NCBI GenBank assembly: GCA_016931915.1
Contig: JAFGDU010000097.1
Span: 934 to 64,933 of the forward strand
Direction of reading: 5' to 3'
DNA from: Actinomycetota bacterium
Lineage (GTDB): Bacteria > Actinomycetota > Geothermincolia > Geothermincolales > RBG-13-55-18
DNA length: 64,000 nucleotides
The first letter of the stretch is position 1, and every line of letters starts with the position of its first letter. The translations under genes were made by a program, and so were the position numbers. Below are positions 48,559-58,716 of the stretch, in pieces. The notes under the pieces were generated by a model. It did no database searches. It saw only the letters and a program-made list of their open reading frames with translations, and was not told the origin of the DNA.

Positions 48559-49320
48559 ATGGAAAGAAAGGGTTTGAACACCACGGAGATCGATCTGCTG
48601 GAGCGCATCAAGGAGGAGGACGACCCCGATGCCAAGGAGCGTTTCTTTTCACGCTACCAGGACCTGCTGCACCGCTTCGCCCACAAGTATCATTCCGATA
48701 GACTGCCCTACGAGGATGCCTACCAGCTGGCGGCGCTGGGCCTGATGAAGGCTTTGAGGAGGTTCGATCCCGAGCGGGGCGTTTCGTTCATAACCTTTGC
48801 GTATCCGACCATGGAGGGAGAGCTCAAGAAGCACTACCGGGACCACCTGGAGATCATACGCCTGCCCCGGCCCCTGCGCGACCTGCGGCACCGTATAAAC
48901 GTGGAGACGCGCAATATCATAGAGGAGGAGGGCCGAGAGCCGGATATCAAGAGGCTCGCGAAGAGGCTTGAGGTGAGTGAGGAGAATATTATAGAGGCCC
49001 TGGCGGCGCAGCAGTACACGTGCGTATTCTCGCTGGACAGCACCGGCGGGGAAGGTCAGGACGAGCCACCCCTCAGCTTCTTCATCGGCGCCTACGACCC
49101 GGCGTTCGAGGAAGTGGAAAAAGAGCTGGTCATCGAGAACGCCCTGGCAAGCCTGCCACCGCGCCACCGCGAGGTGATGGACCTACGCCTCAACAAGGGG
49201 TGGACACAGACCAAGATAGCCCGCGAACTCAAGATATCCCAGATGCACGTCTCCCGTCTCATCCGCGAGTCGGTTGGCATGCTGCAGGATAGATGTTGCC
49301 TGCAGGAGGAGCCGGCCTGA
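48559..49320 (+). CDS. SigB/SigF/SigG family sigma factor
   Basis: 'GLMKALRRFDPERGVSFITFAYPTMEGELKKHYRD', 'IRLPR', 'TQTKIARELKISQMHVSRL'. Confidence 0.93.
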   Translation: MERKGLNTTEIDLLERIKEEDDPDAKERFFSRYQDLLHRFAHKYHSDRLPYEDAYQLAALGLMKALRRFDPERGVSFITFAYPTMEGELKKHYRDHLEIIRLPRPLRDLRHRINVETRNIIEEEGREPDIKRLAKRLEVSEENIIEALAAQQYTCVFSLDSTGGEGQDEPPLSFFIGAYDPAFEEVEKELVIENALASLPPRHREVMDLRLNKGWTQTKIARELKISQMHVSRLIRESVGMLQDRCCLQEEPA

Positions 49321-49330
49321 GCAGCTTCTT

Positions 49331-50431
49331 CTACTCGACCACCTCGTACATCTCGCCGGTTTCCTTATCTACGGCAAAGTAACCGTATGGGATCTCGTTG
49401 TAGTCCTCGTCGATCTCGTACAGGTAGACGACGTAGCTGGTGTTCTCGTCGGTGACGTCGAAATACGCCCCGTCGGTCTCCATGTACCAGTCCCAGATAT
49501 CCGAGTCCTCGAAGACCACGGTCAGGGCCTCGTCCTCGGAGTCGATGGGCAGCTCGACCCCCATGTCGTCATAGTACCCGTCGTCCAGTTCCGTATCCAG
49601 CTCATCGAGGTCCATATCATCGAGATCCAGATCCTCGTAGCCGCTGAAATCGAAGCCCATCTCGATGAGGAAGTCCTCCGACAGGTACCATTTACCATCC
49701 ACCTTGACCAGCTCGAAGGCATCCATATCCGCTTCGGCGGCTTCCTCCGTCACCCTTTCCCCGTCTTCGGTGTAGGACATGGTGCCTTCCTTGATGGTGA
49801 CCTCGGCCGTGTCCCCATCGGTGTTGGTCTCCATCTTTGTGATGGTTATCTCCAGGTCCTCCGGGAACCAGGTGAAGAAGTAATCATCGAGCAGCGCGAG
49901 ATACTCGTCGCCCAGGATGTCCTTGATCTCAGCTGCGAAGGACGGCTCCATGGTGCCGATGAGCATCTCGGCGTCCCGCCTCTCCAGGGCCTCGAAGAAG
50001 GCCTCCACGGTCTGCTCGGGGTTTGCACTGGCTCCGCCGCCCCCGCCGTTATCGTCGCCGGCAAACCACTTTGGACCCACAGCGAAACCTAGCAGTAGCA
50101 CTACGACTACCCCTACAACCACCACGACTCCCAGGATGCCCAGGATCCAGGGCAGGGGGGATTTCTTCGCCGGTGGGCCATACTGGCCCGGCGGCATACC
50201 TGCGCCCGCGGGTGGCGCCGCCCCCGCTTGAGCTGGCGGCGGTGGCGGCCCGTCTACCGGAGGAGAGGGAGGTGGGGGCGGGGGAGGTGGGGGAGGTTGC
50301 GCCGCTGATGTGGCTTCGGCTGCCTGCTCCGCTCCTGCTGCAGCAGACGGCACTGCGGCCGCGCCGCAATATCCGCAGAATTCGCTGTCCGCCGGGATCT
50401 CTTTTCCGCATTGGGCGCAGTTCATATACAT
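49331..50431 (-). CDS. Zinc-ribbon, Pro-rich, single-TM protein with NTF2-like extracellular domain
   Basis: 'CAQCG..IP.DSEFCGYCG', poly-Pro linker, TM, 'PEQTVEAFFEAL', 'LVKVDGKWYL'. Confidence 0.85.
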   Translation of the reverse strand: MYMNCAQCGKEIPADSEFCGYCGAAAVPSAAAGAEQAAEATSAAQPPPPPPPPPPSPPVDGPPPPPAQAGAAPPAGAGMPPGQYGPPAKKSPLPWILGILGVVVVVGVVVVLLLGFAVGPKWFAGDDNGGGGGASANPEQTVEAFFEALERRDAEMLIGTMEPSFAAEIKDILGDEYLALLDDYFFTWFPEDLEITITKMETNTDGDTAEVTIKEGTMSYTEDGERVTEEAAEADMDAFELVKVDGKWYLSEDFLIEMGFDFSGYEDLDLDDMDLDELDTELDDGYYDDMGVELPIDSEDEALTVVFEDSDIWDWYMETDGAYFDVTDENTSYVVYLYEIDEDYNEIPYGYFAVDKETGEMYEVVE

Positions 50432-50649
50432 ACTCCTTTACTCGATGTTCAACCGGCTCAACCCATTACGGCCGGTCTTGATGCGCTCCTCTATATTATA
50501 CCTGCCGGGTGAGTCGCCCTCCCTGACCGGCAGCTACCCTTAGAGTATTTCGTCACGCGAGGTCTATGCACCTGTACGGCGGGGAACAATACTTGTAGTG
50601 GAGTGAAGATTGACGGGGAACCATGTGAGCGGATGAAAGGGGGCACACC

Positions 50650-52080
50650 ATGGGGATCGCGGAGGACACGGCCTGGCTCGATGCAACAGCCCTGGCGGAG
50701 CTGGTGAGAAACAAGGAAGTGAACCCTGCCGAGCTGGTTGAAGGAGCTATTGCACGTATAGAAAGGTTGAACCCCGAATTGAACGCGTTGATAACGCCCA
50801 TGTACGACCTGGCCCGCGAGGCGGCAGCAGGCGAGCTGCCCCAGGGGCCTTTTACGGGGGTGCCCTTTCTTCTCAAGGACCTGATGGCTGCATACAACGG
50901 CGTGCGCATGGCCTGGGGTTCAGCCTTCACCCGGGATTACTTTCCCGATTACGACAGCGAACTGGTCGTGCGTTTGAAAAGGGCGGGGCTGGTGGTACTG
51001 GGTAAGACGAACACTCCGGAATTCGGCATCCTTCCCACCACTGAGCCCCATCTTTTCGGACCTACACGCAATCCCTGGGATAGCGAAAGGACAACCGGCG
51101 GGTCCAGCGGAGGATCTGCGGCTGCGGTAGCCTCAGGGATGGTGCCGATGGCACATGCCAACGATGGTGGAGGTTCCATACGTATCCCCTCCTCCTGCTG
51201 CGGCCTCTTCGGCCTCAAGCCGACCAGAGCCCGCAACCCCCTGGGGCCGAGCATAGGCGATGCCATAAGCGGCCTCGTCGCCGAGCATGCCGTCACTCGC
51301 ACGGTGCGCGACAGCGCCGCCCTCCTGGACGCTACTTCCGGCCCTGACCTCGGCGACCCATACTGGGCGCCGCCTCCCGCACGTCCCTTCCTCGCGGAGG
51401 TAGGCGCCGATCCCGGCAAGCTGCGTATCGCCTATACATCCGAGGCGCAGGGAGCTGTGGCACATGAGGACTGTGCGAAGGCGGTGGAAGATGCAGCCGG
51501 GCTTTGCGCCGGGTTGGGCCACGAGGTCGAGGAGAAGATGCTGGATGTGGATGTCGAGGCACTGACGCCGATGTTCATGACCCTGTGGTCTGTAGCCCAG
51601 ACCTGGACCGCTGATGGTATGGCGCTTGCCACCGGAAAAACGCTCACACCCGATGAGTTCGAGCCGCTTACCTGGGCTCTCATAGAGATGGGCAGGGGAT
51701 TCAGCGCCTCGGATTATCTCATGGCGGTGACCGGCCTGCAGGGGATGACCCGCGATGTAGCCCGCCAGATGGCCGCATACGATCTCTGGCTCACGCCTAC
51801 CCTCGCCGAACCCCCCGTACCCCTGGGAACCTTCGAGTCGCCGCCGGACAACCCCCTTTACGGCATCATACGCGCAGCGGGGTTCGTGCCCTTCACGCCG
51901 ATATGCAATATCACGGGGCTCCCGGCCATGAACGTACCTTTGTGTTGGAACGCGGAAGGGCTTCCCATAGGGGCGCATTTCATAGCCAGGTTCGGCGATG
52001 AAGCGACGCTCTTCCGCCTCGCGGCGCAACTGGAGGAGGCGCGTCCCTGGTCGGACCGCCGTCCACCGCTCAGTGCCTGA
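50650..52080 (+). CDS. Amidase signature family protein
   Basis: 'GVPFLLKDL', 'GKTNTPEFG', '[11 protein letters not shown]', 'DGGGSIRIP'. Confidence 0.95.
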   Translation: MGIAEDTAWLDATALAELVRNKEVNPAELVEGAIARIERLNPELNALITPMYDLAREAAAGELPQGPFTGVPFLLKDLMAAYNGVRMAWGSAFTRDYFPDYDSELVVRLKRAGLVVLGKTNTPEFGILPTTEPHLFGPTRNPWDSERTTGGSSGGSAAAVASGMVPMAHANDGGGSIRIPSSCCGLFGLKPTRARNPLGPSIGDAISGLVAEHAVTRTVRDSAALLDATSGPDLGDPYWAPPPARPFLAEVGADPGKLRIAYTSEAQGAVAHEDCAKAVEDAAGLCAGLGHEVEEKMLDVDVEALTPMFMTLWSVAQTWTADGMALATGKTLTPDEFEPLTWALIEMGRGFSASDYLMAVTGLQGMTRDVARQMAAYDLWLTPTLAEPPVPLGTFESPPDNPLYGIIRAAGFVPFTPICNITGLPAMNVPLCWNAEGLPIGAHFIARFGDEATLFRLAAQLEEARPWSDRRPPLSA

Positions 52081-52090
52081 AGCGCAGCGA

Positions 52091-52522
52091 TCAAGGTTGC
52101 TGGCGGTCCCCGACATAGGAGTATTCGAGCCTTTCCGGTACGCCGGCCGGATAGAGGAAGAACCCGTTGCGGTCCTGCGAGAAGGCGATAGTGAAGGGCT
52201 CGGTGGTATCCCCCTGGCCGATATACCTTAGTTTCAGCTCGAACCCCCCCAGGTCCTCCTCCACCACTTCGTACCGGAGGGCGATGGATTCGCCGCTCTC
52301 CTTAGGAAGGTAGGTGGCGGTATCCGGGCTGAAGAAAATATATGCCGCGCCGGCCGTGAGGGGTTCCCACTGTCCCAGCAGGGCGGTATGCGGTGTCGAT
52401 AGGTCCCGTATGCTACTCTCCCCACACCCGTATACCAACGTTCCTGTGCAGAGGGCGATGATGAAGGTGACGGCGCAAGCCCGCAGGTAATCCGGTCGCC
52501 TGTGGGGCTTGGCAAAATCCAT
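52091..52522 (-). CDS. Hypothetical lipoprotein
   Basis: Hydrophobic signal with VYGC lipobox; 'LLGQWE' beta-barrel-like start; RBS AGGAG. Confidence 0.65.
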   Translation of the reverse strand: MDFAKPHRRPDYLRACAVTFIIALCTGTLVYGCGESSIRDLSTPHTALLGQWEPLTAGAAYIFFSPDTATYLPKESGESIALRYEVVEEDLGGFELKLRYIGQGDTTEPFTIAFSQDRNGFFLYPAGVPERLEYSYVGDRQQP

Positions 52523-52748
52523 CGCTCGCCTACTCCTGAATCAGTCTGAACACATTCTGTGCGCCTACGATACTCACACTTTTAAAAGTATACCTGTAAA
52601 TCGAAAAGGCCGGCGCGTCGATACACAACTGTACACCGATGTTTTAAAGTGTACGTAGTGGCTTATATTGAAATGGGGGATTTCGGCGGATAGAAAGGAC
52701 AATAACTAGAACGCGTCCTTTACTGAGGGTCGATGCAGGAGGAGAAAG

Positions 52749-53801
52749 ATGTATTGCAGCGAGTGTGGTATGCCGAGGGGTGTGGGCAAGGCGAATACCT
52801 GGAAGTCCAGCGGGGTTATCGTGAGCAATTACGAGACCGATCTCAGGGGGATCTTTTACGATACCAGGGAACTCGAGAACCTCTTCACTTCGCTTTCGAC
52901 ACAGATGGATTATGATGTGACCCGCCTGGTGATCGAGGGCAAACGCAAGGATTCCAAGCACTATACCCGAGGCCTGCTCAAGAGCATAAAGGAGTCGGGT
53001 GCAGAGCTGCCGGGGCCGGAGGAGTTCTTCCGCATCATGGCGGCTAATTACCCCGTCCCCGGGTTCGGCAAGGTCACCATCCTCTCTTATAGCGATAACG
53101 AGGGCATCGTCCTGGAGATGGAGGACACCTACCATGCGGCCATGGCCCAGGGACAGGCCGCGGGGGTGTTCGAGGCCGTTTTGGACCGCAGGGGATACGT
53201 CTCCTGGGAAGGGGACGAACGGAGCGGCCGCGTTACCATAACGGTGATGGAGGACGATCCGGAACTGGAGAAGCGCATCGAGTCGGAGGTGGAGTACTCG
53301 GTATCACTGTCCGAGAGCGGAGACAGGGAATACGAGCTCTGCTCGCGCTGTTCCGCACCGATGGAGCTCTCGCGCGAGTTCGATTGGGACGTGGACAAGG
53401 CCACGATAAACGAACGCCGCTCCGGCAGGAGGTTCATCTTCGACAATACCAGGGGCATGACGGCGGTGATGCAGGTACTGGTGGAGGAACTGGGAGAGGA
53501 TGTAGAACAACTGCTGCTGGAGATATCCCGTGCTCATGCACGCGATTACTACGATCTTCTGCAGCCCGGCCTCGATGCAAAGAGCGAGTTCTCCCGGCTT
53601 TCACTATGGGGTTGGGGCCTCCCCTGGAAACTGCGCAGCAGCAACGGTGGCCTCGAGCTCCAGGTGATAAACCCCTTTTACGAGCCGGTCATGACGGGCA
53701 GGGTGTGGGGACTGCTCGAGGCGGTAGACGGCAGGAAGCTTGAGCTTCGCGGGCGCGACCTGAAGGATAATATCGCTTACCTGGAGCTGGCAGCGGCTTG
53801 A
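52749..53801 (+). CDS. Hypothetical protein with two CxxC + V4R-like repeats
   Basis: 'CSECG.P......W' and 'CSRCSAP......W'; each half has 'GFGK/GWGL' and 'G...G..EAV'; RBS AGGAGGAG. Confidence 0.75.
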   Translation: MYCSECGMPRGVGKANTWKSSGVIVSNYETDLRGIFYDTRELENLFTSLSTQMDYDVTRLVIEGKRKDSKHYTRGLLKSIKESGAELPGPEEFFRIMAANYPVPGFGKVTILSYSDNEGIVLEMEDTYHAAMAQGQAAGVFEAVLDRRGYVSWEGDERSGRVTITVMEDDPELEKRIESEVEYSVSLSESGDREYELCSRCSAPMELSREFDWDVDKATINERRSGRRFIFDNTRGMTAVMQVLVEELGEDVEQLLLEISRAHARDYYDLLQPGLDAKSEFSRLSLWGWGLPWKLRSSNGGLELQVINPFYEPVMTGRVWGLLEAVDGRKLELRGRDLKDNIAYLELAAA

Positions 53802-53834
53802 GCCCGGAAGCTGGCGCATGCCTTACCTGCCGGG

Positions 53835-56057
53835 TCAGGATATCTTGAAGTGAGCCACCATCTCCTCCAGGCTCTTCGCTATCTCCGACAGGCGCTCGGC
53901 CGTAGTGGTCAGCTCCGAGGTGGCGGCGGTCTGTTCCTCTGATGAGGCACCTATCTCTTCGTAGGCACCCGCGGTGTTCTCCACCTGTTCTTTCATGGAG
54001 GTGAGGGACTGGGACAACCTCTCGCTCTCGTCCAGCTCGAGCGAGGAGGCCTCGGCGATAGACTCCGCCATCCTGGCCATCTGGTTGACGATATCGGAGA
54101 TCGACAGGAGCGAGCTGTCGGTACGCTCCACCGTCTCCATGCCTACGTACATGCCCATGGTGCCCTTTTCCATCAGGTTCTTGGCCGTCTCCACGTCCTG
54201 CTGGATTATCCTCACCAGGTCGTGTATGCGGTGTGCCGAACCAGAGGCTTCCTCGGCCAGTTTCTTGACCTCGTCCGCCACTACCGCGAACCCCTTGCCG
54301 AACTCGGGCACCCGCGCCGCCTCGATGGCGGCGTTGAGGGCGAGGAGGTTGGTCTGGTCCGCGATGCGGGTGATGATATCGACGATGGTGCTGATCTTCT
54401 GCGAGCTCTCGCCCAGCGAAAGGATGGCATCCATGGTCTCATCCAGGATATCCTTGAATTCCGCTATCTTCTCCACCGCGTCGTGGGCGTGCTCCCTGCC
54501 CTCCATTACCACCTTTTCCGCGTCCTGGCTGATCTCGAAACTCTGGCTGGCCTTGGCGTGCGCGGTGGAGATGGTATCAGCCACGCTGCCCATGATTTCC
54601 TCGACGCTCCTTATCTGGTCCACCTCGTGCACGATCTGCTCCGAGAGGTCCTGGACCAGTGCGTTCAGCTCCTCTATGGCGGCCATTATCTGCTCAGAGA
54701 CGGCCACGATGCTGACCGCTCCCTCGCTGACCTCTCCCGAGGTATCGCGCAGCTCGCCGCTGATCTTACGCAGGGACCGGAGCATATCGGAATATGAGCC
54801 GGATAGTTCGCCCATGTCGTCAAGGGAGTCCACCGGCACGTCCACCGCCAGATCCCCCGTGCCCACGATGCGGCAGGTCTTGACCAGGCGCTTGATCGGG
54901 TCGGAGATATTATGGGTCATGAGCAGGGTGAGGAAGGCCGCAACCCCGATCCCCACGAGGAGCAGGAGCAGCATGGTTGGGCTCAAGCGCCACAGGGTAT
55001 GGAAGGCGGTGTCAGACAGGGACACCCTGCGCACCGTCCAGCCCTGGTTGAGATGCAGGGTGGCGCTGGAGACCAGGTACTCGCGGTTTCCCGCCTGCTC
55101 GAAACGGCTGATCACATCGGAGCTCTCTTCCCGTAGTGGTGCGGTCAGCTCCTCCCAGACCTCATCGCCGATCCCACCCCGGAAGAACTCGAAGGCCGCA
55201 TTACCCCTGTCGTCGTACACGGCCACCCTCTCGTCTTCGCCGAGAGACAGCCCCTCCGCCTCCTCCTCCAGTTCCCGCCGCGGCGCATCTTCCGCGATAA
55301 GGTTGTCCAACTGCACCGCCAGCAGGCGGACGTTGTCGCTGCCCCTGTCCTCTATCTCCTGCTTGAGCATATCGCTGGAGATATAGGAGGATGCTATCCA
55401 GGTGATGCCCAGGGCGAGAACCAGTATGGTGAGGGAGAACATGGCCAATCGCCTTCCGATGCCCGCCGCGGTGTAATAGCCGAAACCCTGGCAGTCTACC
55501 AGGAACATCTGGAGCACTGGACGCATCTCCCGGTGGGATATGAACAGGGTCACGAAAAAGTCAGTCAGCGCCAGCAGCACTCCCAGGGATATATAGGAGA
55601 CGGACGTGTAGGGCGTGAAGTCGGCATATCTCCCGAAGAGCAGGACGCTCAACGCTATGCTCAGGAATATCCCCAGTCCCACGAAGAGGGCGTGCTCGGA
55701 GCTGGACGTGTCTATCTCCTTCTGCAGGCGTAAGGCCAGGGCGCGGTCCGCCTGGGAAGCGGTGTCCCTTTCCTTCTCGTACCAGCCGGACAGTAGCCTT
55801 ACCAGGTGACGCTGCCTGGCCATGTACACGAGGGCGAAGGTGATGATGAGAGGGACCACGACGGCGGCAAGGGCGAGGAGGAAGACCAGGTACTGGCTGG
55901 AGGAAAACCTGAAGATGGTCAGGGAGAAGAGGGCGAGGATGACGATGGGAATGGTTATCGCCGAGAGGGAGGCTTTGAACAACAACCTCCTCGAAGACGA
56001 GTAAACGGCAGCCTCTATTTCCCTGGCGCTTGCTTCCAACGCGTACTCCCAAGTCAA
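53835..56057 (-). CDS. Methyl-accepting chemotaxis-like protein
   Basis: About six TM helices; HAMP; signalling domain '[18 protein letters not shown]...[16 protein letters not shown]'. Confidence 0.9.
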   Translation of the reverse strand: MTWEYALEASAREIEAAVYSSSRRLLFKASLSAITIPIVILALFSLTIFRFSSSQYLVFLLALAAVVVPLIITFALVYMARQRHLVRLLSGWYEKERDTASQADRALALRLQKEIDTSSSEHALFVGLGIFLSIALSVLLFGRYADFTPYTSVSYISLGVLLALTDFFVTLFISHREMRPVLQMFLVDCQGFGYYTAAGIGRRLAMFSLTILVLALGITWIASSYISSDMLKQEIEDRGSDNVRLLAVQLDNLIAEDAPRRELEEEAEGLSLGEDERVAVYDDRGNAAFEFFRGGIGDEVWEELTAPLREESSDVISRFEQAGNREYLVSSATLHLNQGWTVRRVSLSDTAFHTLWRLSPTMLLLLLVGIGVAAFLTLLMTHNISDPIKRLVKTCRIVGTGDLAVDVPVDSLDDMGELSGSYSDMLRSLRKISGELRDTSGEVSEGAVSIVAVSEQIMAAIEELNALVQDLSEQIVHEVDQIRSVEEIMGSVADTISTAHAKASQSFEISQDAEKVVMEGREHAHDAVEKIAEFKDILDETMDAILSLGESSQKISTIVDIITRIADQTNLLALNAAIEAARVPEFGKGFAVVADEVKKLAEEASGSAHRIHDLVRIIQQDVETAKNLMEKGTMGMYVGMETVERTDSSLLSISDIVNQMARMAESIAEASSLELDESERLSQSLTSMKEQVENTAGAYEEIGASSEEQTAATSELTTTAERLSEIAKSLEEMVAHFKIS

Positions 56058-56167
56058 TGCCTAGACTTCATCGCTATGTCTAATCGACCTCACTCTATAT
56101 ATGCTTGATATGTTCGCGGACCTGTGAAAACGAGCGCGTGTATGCATATCAGGCTTGATTTGAAGCG

Positions 56168-56186
56168 GCTCTGTTATAATCAGAGC
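56168..56186 (+). promoter_or_regulatory. Extended -10 promoter flanked by an inverted repeat
   Basis: GCTCTG-TTATAAT-CAGAGC contains TGtTATAAT; ATG at 56190 has no SD. Confidence 0.55.
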
Positions 56187-56189
56187 GAA

Positions 56190-58544
56190 ATGTTAGAGAT
56201 CCAAGACAGGGTGGGCGAGAGCGAGCGCTTCGGGCGCATCAAACGTGAGTTGCAGGAAACCCCGGTCTGCCTATGCCCCGAAAGGGCCCTGCTGGTCACG
56301 GAGTTCTTCAAGCATCACGACGATCCCTTGGACCCCATGATAGTGCGCAAGGCGAAAGCGCTGCGCTATATACTCACCAACAAGTCGGTACGCATCTATC
56401 CCGATGAGCTCATCGTCGGCAACATGGGTTCCAGGCGCATCTCGGCCATCATGCAGCCGGAGGCCGCCGGGGTCTTCATGAGCGAGGACCTGCTGTGGAT
56501 CGAGCGCAGGAAGACCACCCCGCTCCGCATATCCTGGTCCGACCGGTTCAAGCTGCTCCTGCAGGTGATCCCCTACTGGCTTACCCGTAATATGAACTTC
56601 CGCGCCTTCAAGAACCGCATCCATCTTCTGCGTTACATACGCGAGCAGTTATGGCCCGCGTTCTACCTCATCAACGAGGCTGGAGGCATCGGGCACTTCC
56701 TGCCCGACTACGAGAAGATGATCGCACGTGGAGTGAGGGGATACCTGGAGTCCATGAGGGGAGAGGAGGGGCCTCTCTACGAAGCAGCGCGTATCGCCTG
56801 CGACGGCCTCCTGATATATGCGGCACGCCTGGCGGTGGAGGCGAAAAAGATGGCATGGGAGGAGAAAGACCCCGAACGCAAGGCCGAACTCGAGGAGATC
56901 GCGAGGGTATGCCGCAAGGTCCCGGCCGGGCCTGCAGAGAGCCTGCAGGAAGCCCTGCAGTCATTGTGGCTCACCCACATGGCGGTCAACCTCGAGAGCC
57001 TCAACTCGGCGGTCTCATTCGGCCGCGTCGACCAGTACCTGTACCCTTACTTCGCATATGATATCTCGTCGGGACGTATCGACCGCGAGGCCGCGAAGGA
57101 ACTCCTGCTCTCCTTCACCGCCAAGGCCGCGGAGCATGTCTTCCTCCTCTCCGAGAGGATAAGTCAGTATCACGGCGGATACCTGGTGGTACAGGCCGCC
57201 ATCGTCGGCGGTACCGACCGGGCGGGAAACGATGCCACCAACGGATTGACCTATCTCTTTCTGGATGTTATGGAGGAGGCCGGCTTGCGCGACCCCAATT
57301 ACCAGGCGCGTGTACATGCCGGCTCCCCCGATGCATACCTGCTCAGGGTCGCGGACGTGGCTCGAAAGGGCTACGGCGTTCCGGCCGTATTCGGGGACGA
57401 GGCGACGGTGGCCGCTCTCGTCTATCACGGCTATCCGCTGGAGGAGGCCCGCAACTACGGCGTGGTGGGCTGCGTGGAGCCGGCGCTCCCCGGCAACAGC
57501 TTTTTCTCCACCGATGCCGCGCTGTTCAACCTCCCCGTCTGCCTCGAGATGGCATTGAACCGGGGCCGCCGTTTTGGAAAGCGCACGCGTTCGGGGGCGG
57601 ACACCCCGCCCCCCTCCGAATTGCGGGATATGGACGCGGTGATCGGCGCCTTCCGCCTCCAGGTGGAGCACATGGTGGACAGGATGGTAGGTGACTTCCG
57701 GGTAGTCGAGGGGGGCAATCGTGATTACCATCCCACCCCTTTCTCCTCCATGCTCATCGAGGGATGCCTGGAATCGGGTCTGGACCTCACCGAGGGCGGA
57801 GCCAGGTTTAATTCCAGCGGCATCCAGGGGGTGGGGGTGGCGGACGTCGCAGATTCCCTGTCCGCACTGGGCAGGCTGGTATTCACGCAAAAGAAGTACG
57901 GCCTGGAGGAGATCGTCACGGCACTCGGGGCTGACTTCGCAGGCCATGAGCGGCTCCAGGCGGAGCTGTTGAACTCGCCCAAGTACGGTAACGACGATCC
58001 CTCGGCCGACGACTACGCGGACCTGGTGGTAAAGATATTCCACGACGCCCTGGCGCGGCATCGCAATACCAGGGGTGGTCCTTACGTGCCCGGTTTCTAT
58101 TCGGTCACCTGCCACGTCGCTTTCGGAAAGTGGGTGGGAGCGCTGCCGAGCGGCAGGAACGCCGCCAAGCCCCTGGCGGCCAGCCTTGGCCCCGCCAACG
58201 GTTGCGATCGCCTCGGCCCCACCGCGACGCTGCAGTCGGTGGCGAGGGTGGATACGAGGATGATGCCCAACGGATGCGCCGTCAACCTGCGTTTCGATCC
58301 CCGCAACCTCTCCGGGGACGAAGGCGCCGCAACGCTCGCGGCATTGATGCGCGGTTATTTCGAGCAGGGTGGGATGCAGGTGCAGTTCAACATCATCGAT
58401 GCGGAAATACTGGAGGATGCACGGCGAAATCCCGGCAAGTACCCTGGCCTGGTGGTGAGGGTCGCGGGTTACTGCGCCTACTTCGACGACCTTCCCGAGG
58501 CGTCAAAGGACGAGATCATCTCCCGCACCATCCAATCCATCTGA
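56190..58544 (+). CDS. Glycyl radical enzyme (non-PFL, single-Cys type)
   Basis: 'IYPDELIVG', 'SFGRVDQYLYP', Cys loop 'GCVEP', 'PKYGNDD', Gly loop 'LVVRVAGYCAYF'. Confidence 0.93.
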   Translation: MLEIQDRVGESERFGRIKRELQETPVCLCPERALLVTEFFKHHDDPLDPMIVRKAKALRYILTNKSVRIYPDELIVGNMGSRRISAIMQPEAAGVFMSEDLLWIERRKTTPLRISWSDRFKLLLQVIPYWLTRNMNFRAFKNRIHLLRYIREQLWPAFYLINEAGGIGHFLPDYEKMIARGVRGYLESMRGEEGPLYEAARIACDGLLIYAARLAVEAKKMAWEEKDPERKAELEEIARVCRKVPAGPAESLQEALQSLWLTHMAVNLESLNSAVSFGRVDQYLYPYFAYDISSGRIDREAAKELLLSFTAKAAEHVFLLSERISQYHGGYLVVQAAIVGGTDRAGNDATNGLTYLFLDVMEEAGLRDPNYQARVHAGSPDAYLLRVADVARKGYGVPAVFGDEATVAALVYHGYPLEEARNYGVVGCVEPALPGNSFFSTDAALFNLPVCLEMALNRGRRFGKRTRSGADTPPPSELRDMDAVIGAFRLQVEHMVDRMVGDFRVVEGGNRDYHPTPFSSMLIEGCLESGLDLTEGGARFNSSGIQGVGVADVADSLSALGRLVFTQKKYGLEEIVTALGADFAGHERLQAELLNSPKYGNDDPSADDYADLVVKIFHDALARHRNTRGGPYVPGFYSVTCHVAFGKWVGALPSGRNAAKPLAASLGPANGCDRLGPTATLQSVARVDTRMMPNGCAVNLRFDPRNLSGDEGAATLAALMRGYFEQGGMQVQFNIIDAEILEDARRNPGKYPGLVVRVAGYCAYFDDLPEASKDEIISRTIQSI

Positions 58545-58555
58545 GCAATCCCACA

Positions 58556-58687
58556 CGACAGCCTGTATCGCGAAAGCGATTGTGCCGTCTTCGGCACAAC
58601 GATGTCCCAGTGCCTACACATTTCCGAATGTGGAGGCCTGGCACGTGTACGCTCGGAGCAAGTCATAGACCTGGCACGTGTACGCAT
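58556..58687 (+). repeat. Structured intergenic repeat, copy 5, with duplicated tail
   Basis: 58556-58651 colinear with 37850-37945; CCTGGCACGTGTACGC occurs twice. Confidence 0.88.
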
Positions 58688-58716
58688 CGAAGGTTGGAAG
58701 TTGATCAATGCCGGGA

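Noticed and set aside
50190-50310. G-rich tract as a functional G-quadruplex or repeat
   Set aside because: Explained by the poly-proline linker encoded on the minus strand
56190-58544. Pyruvate formate-lyase (pflB)
   Set aside because: Has a single-Cys GCVEP loop rather than the PFL Cys-Cys pair, and no adjacent pflA
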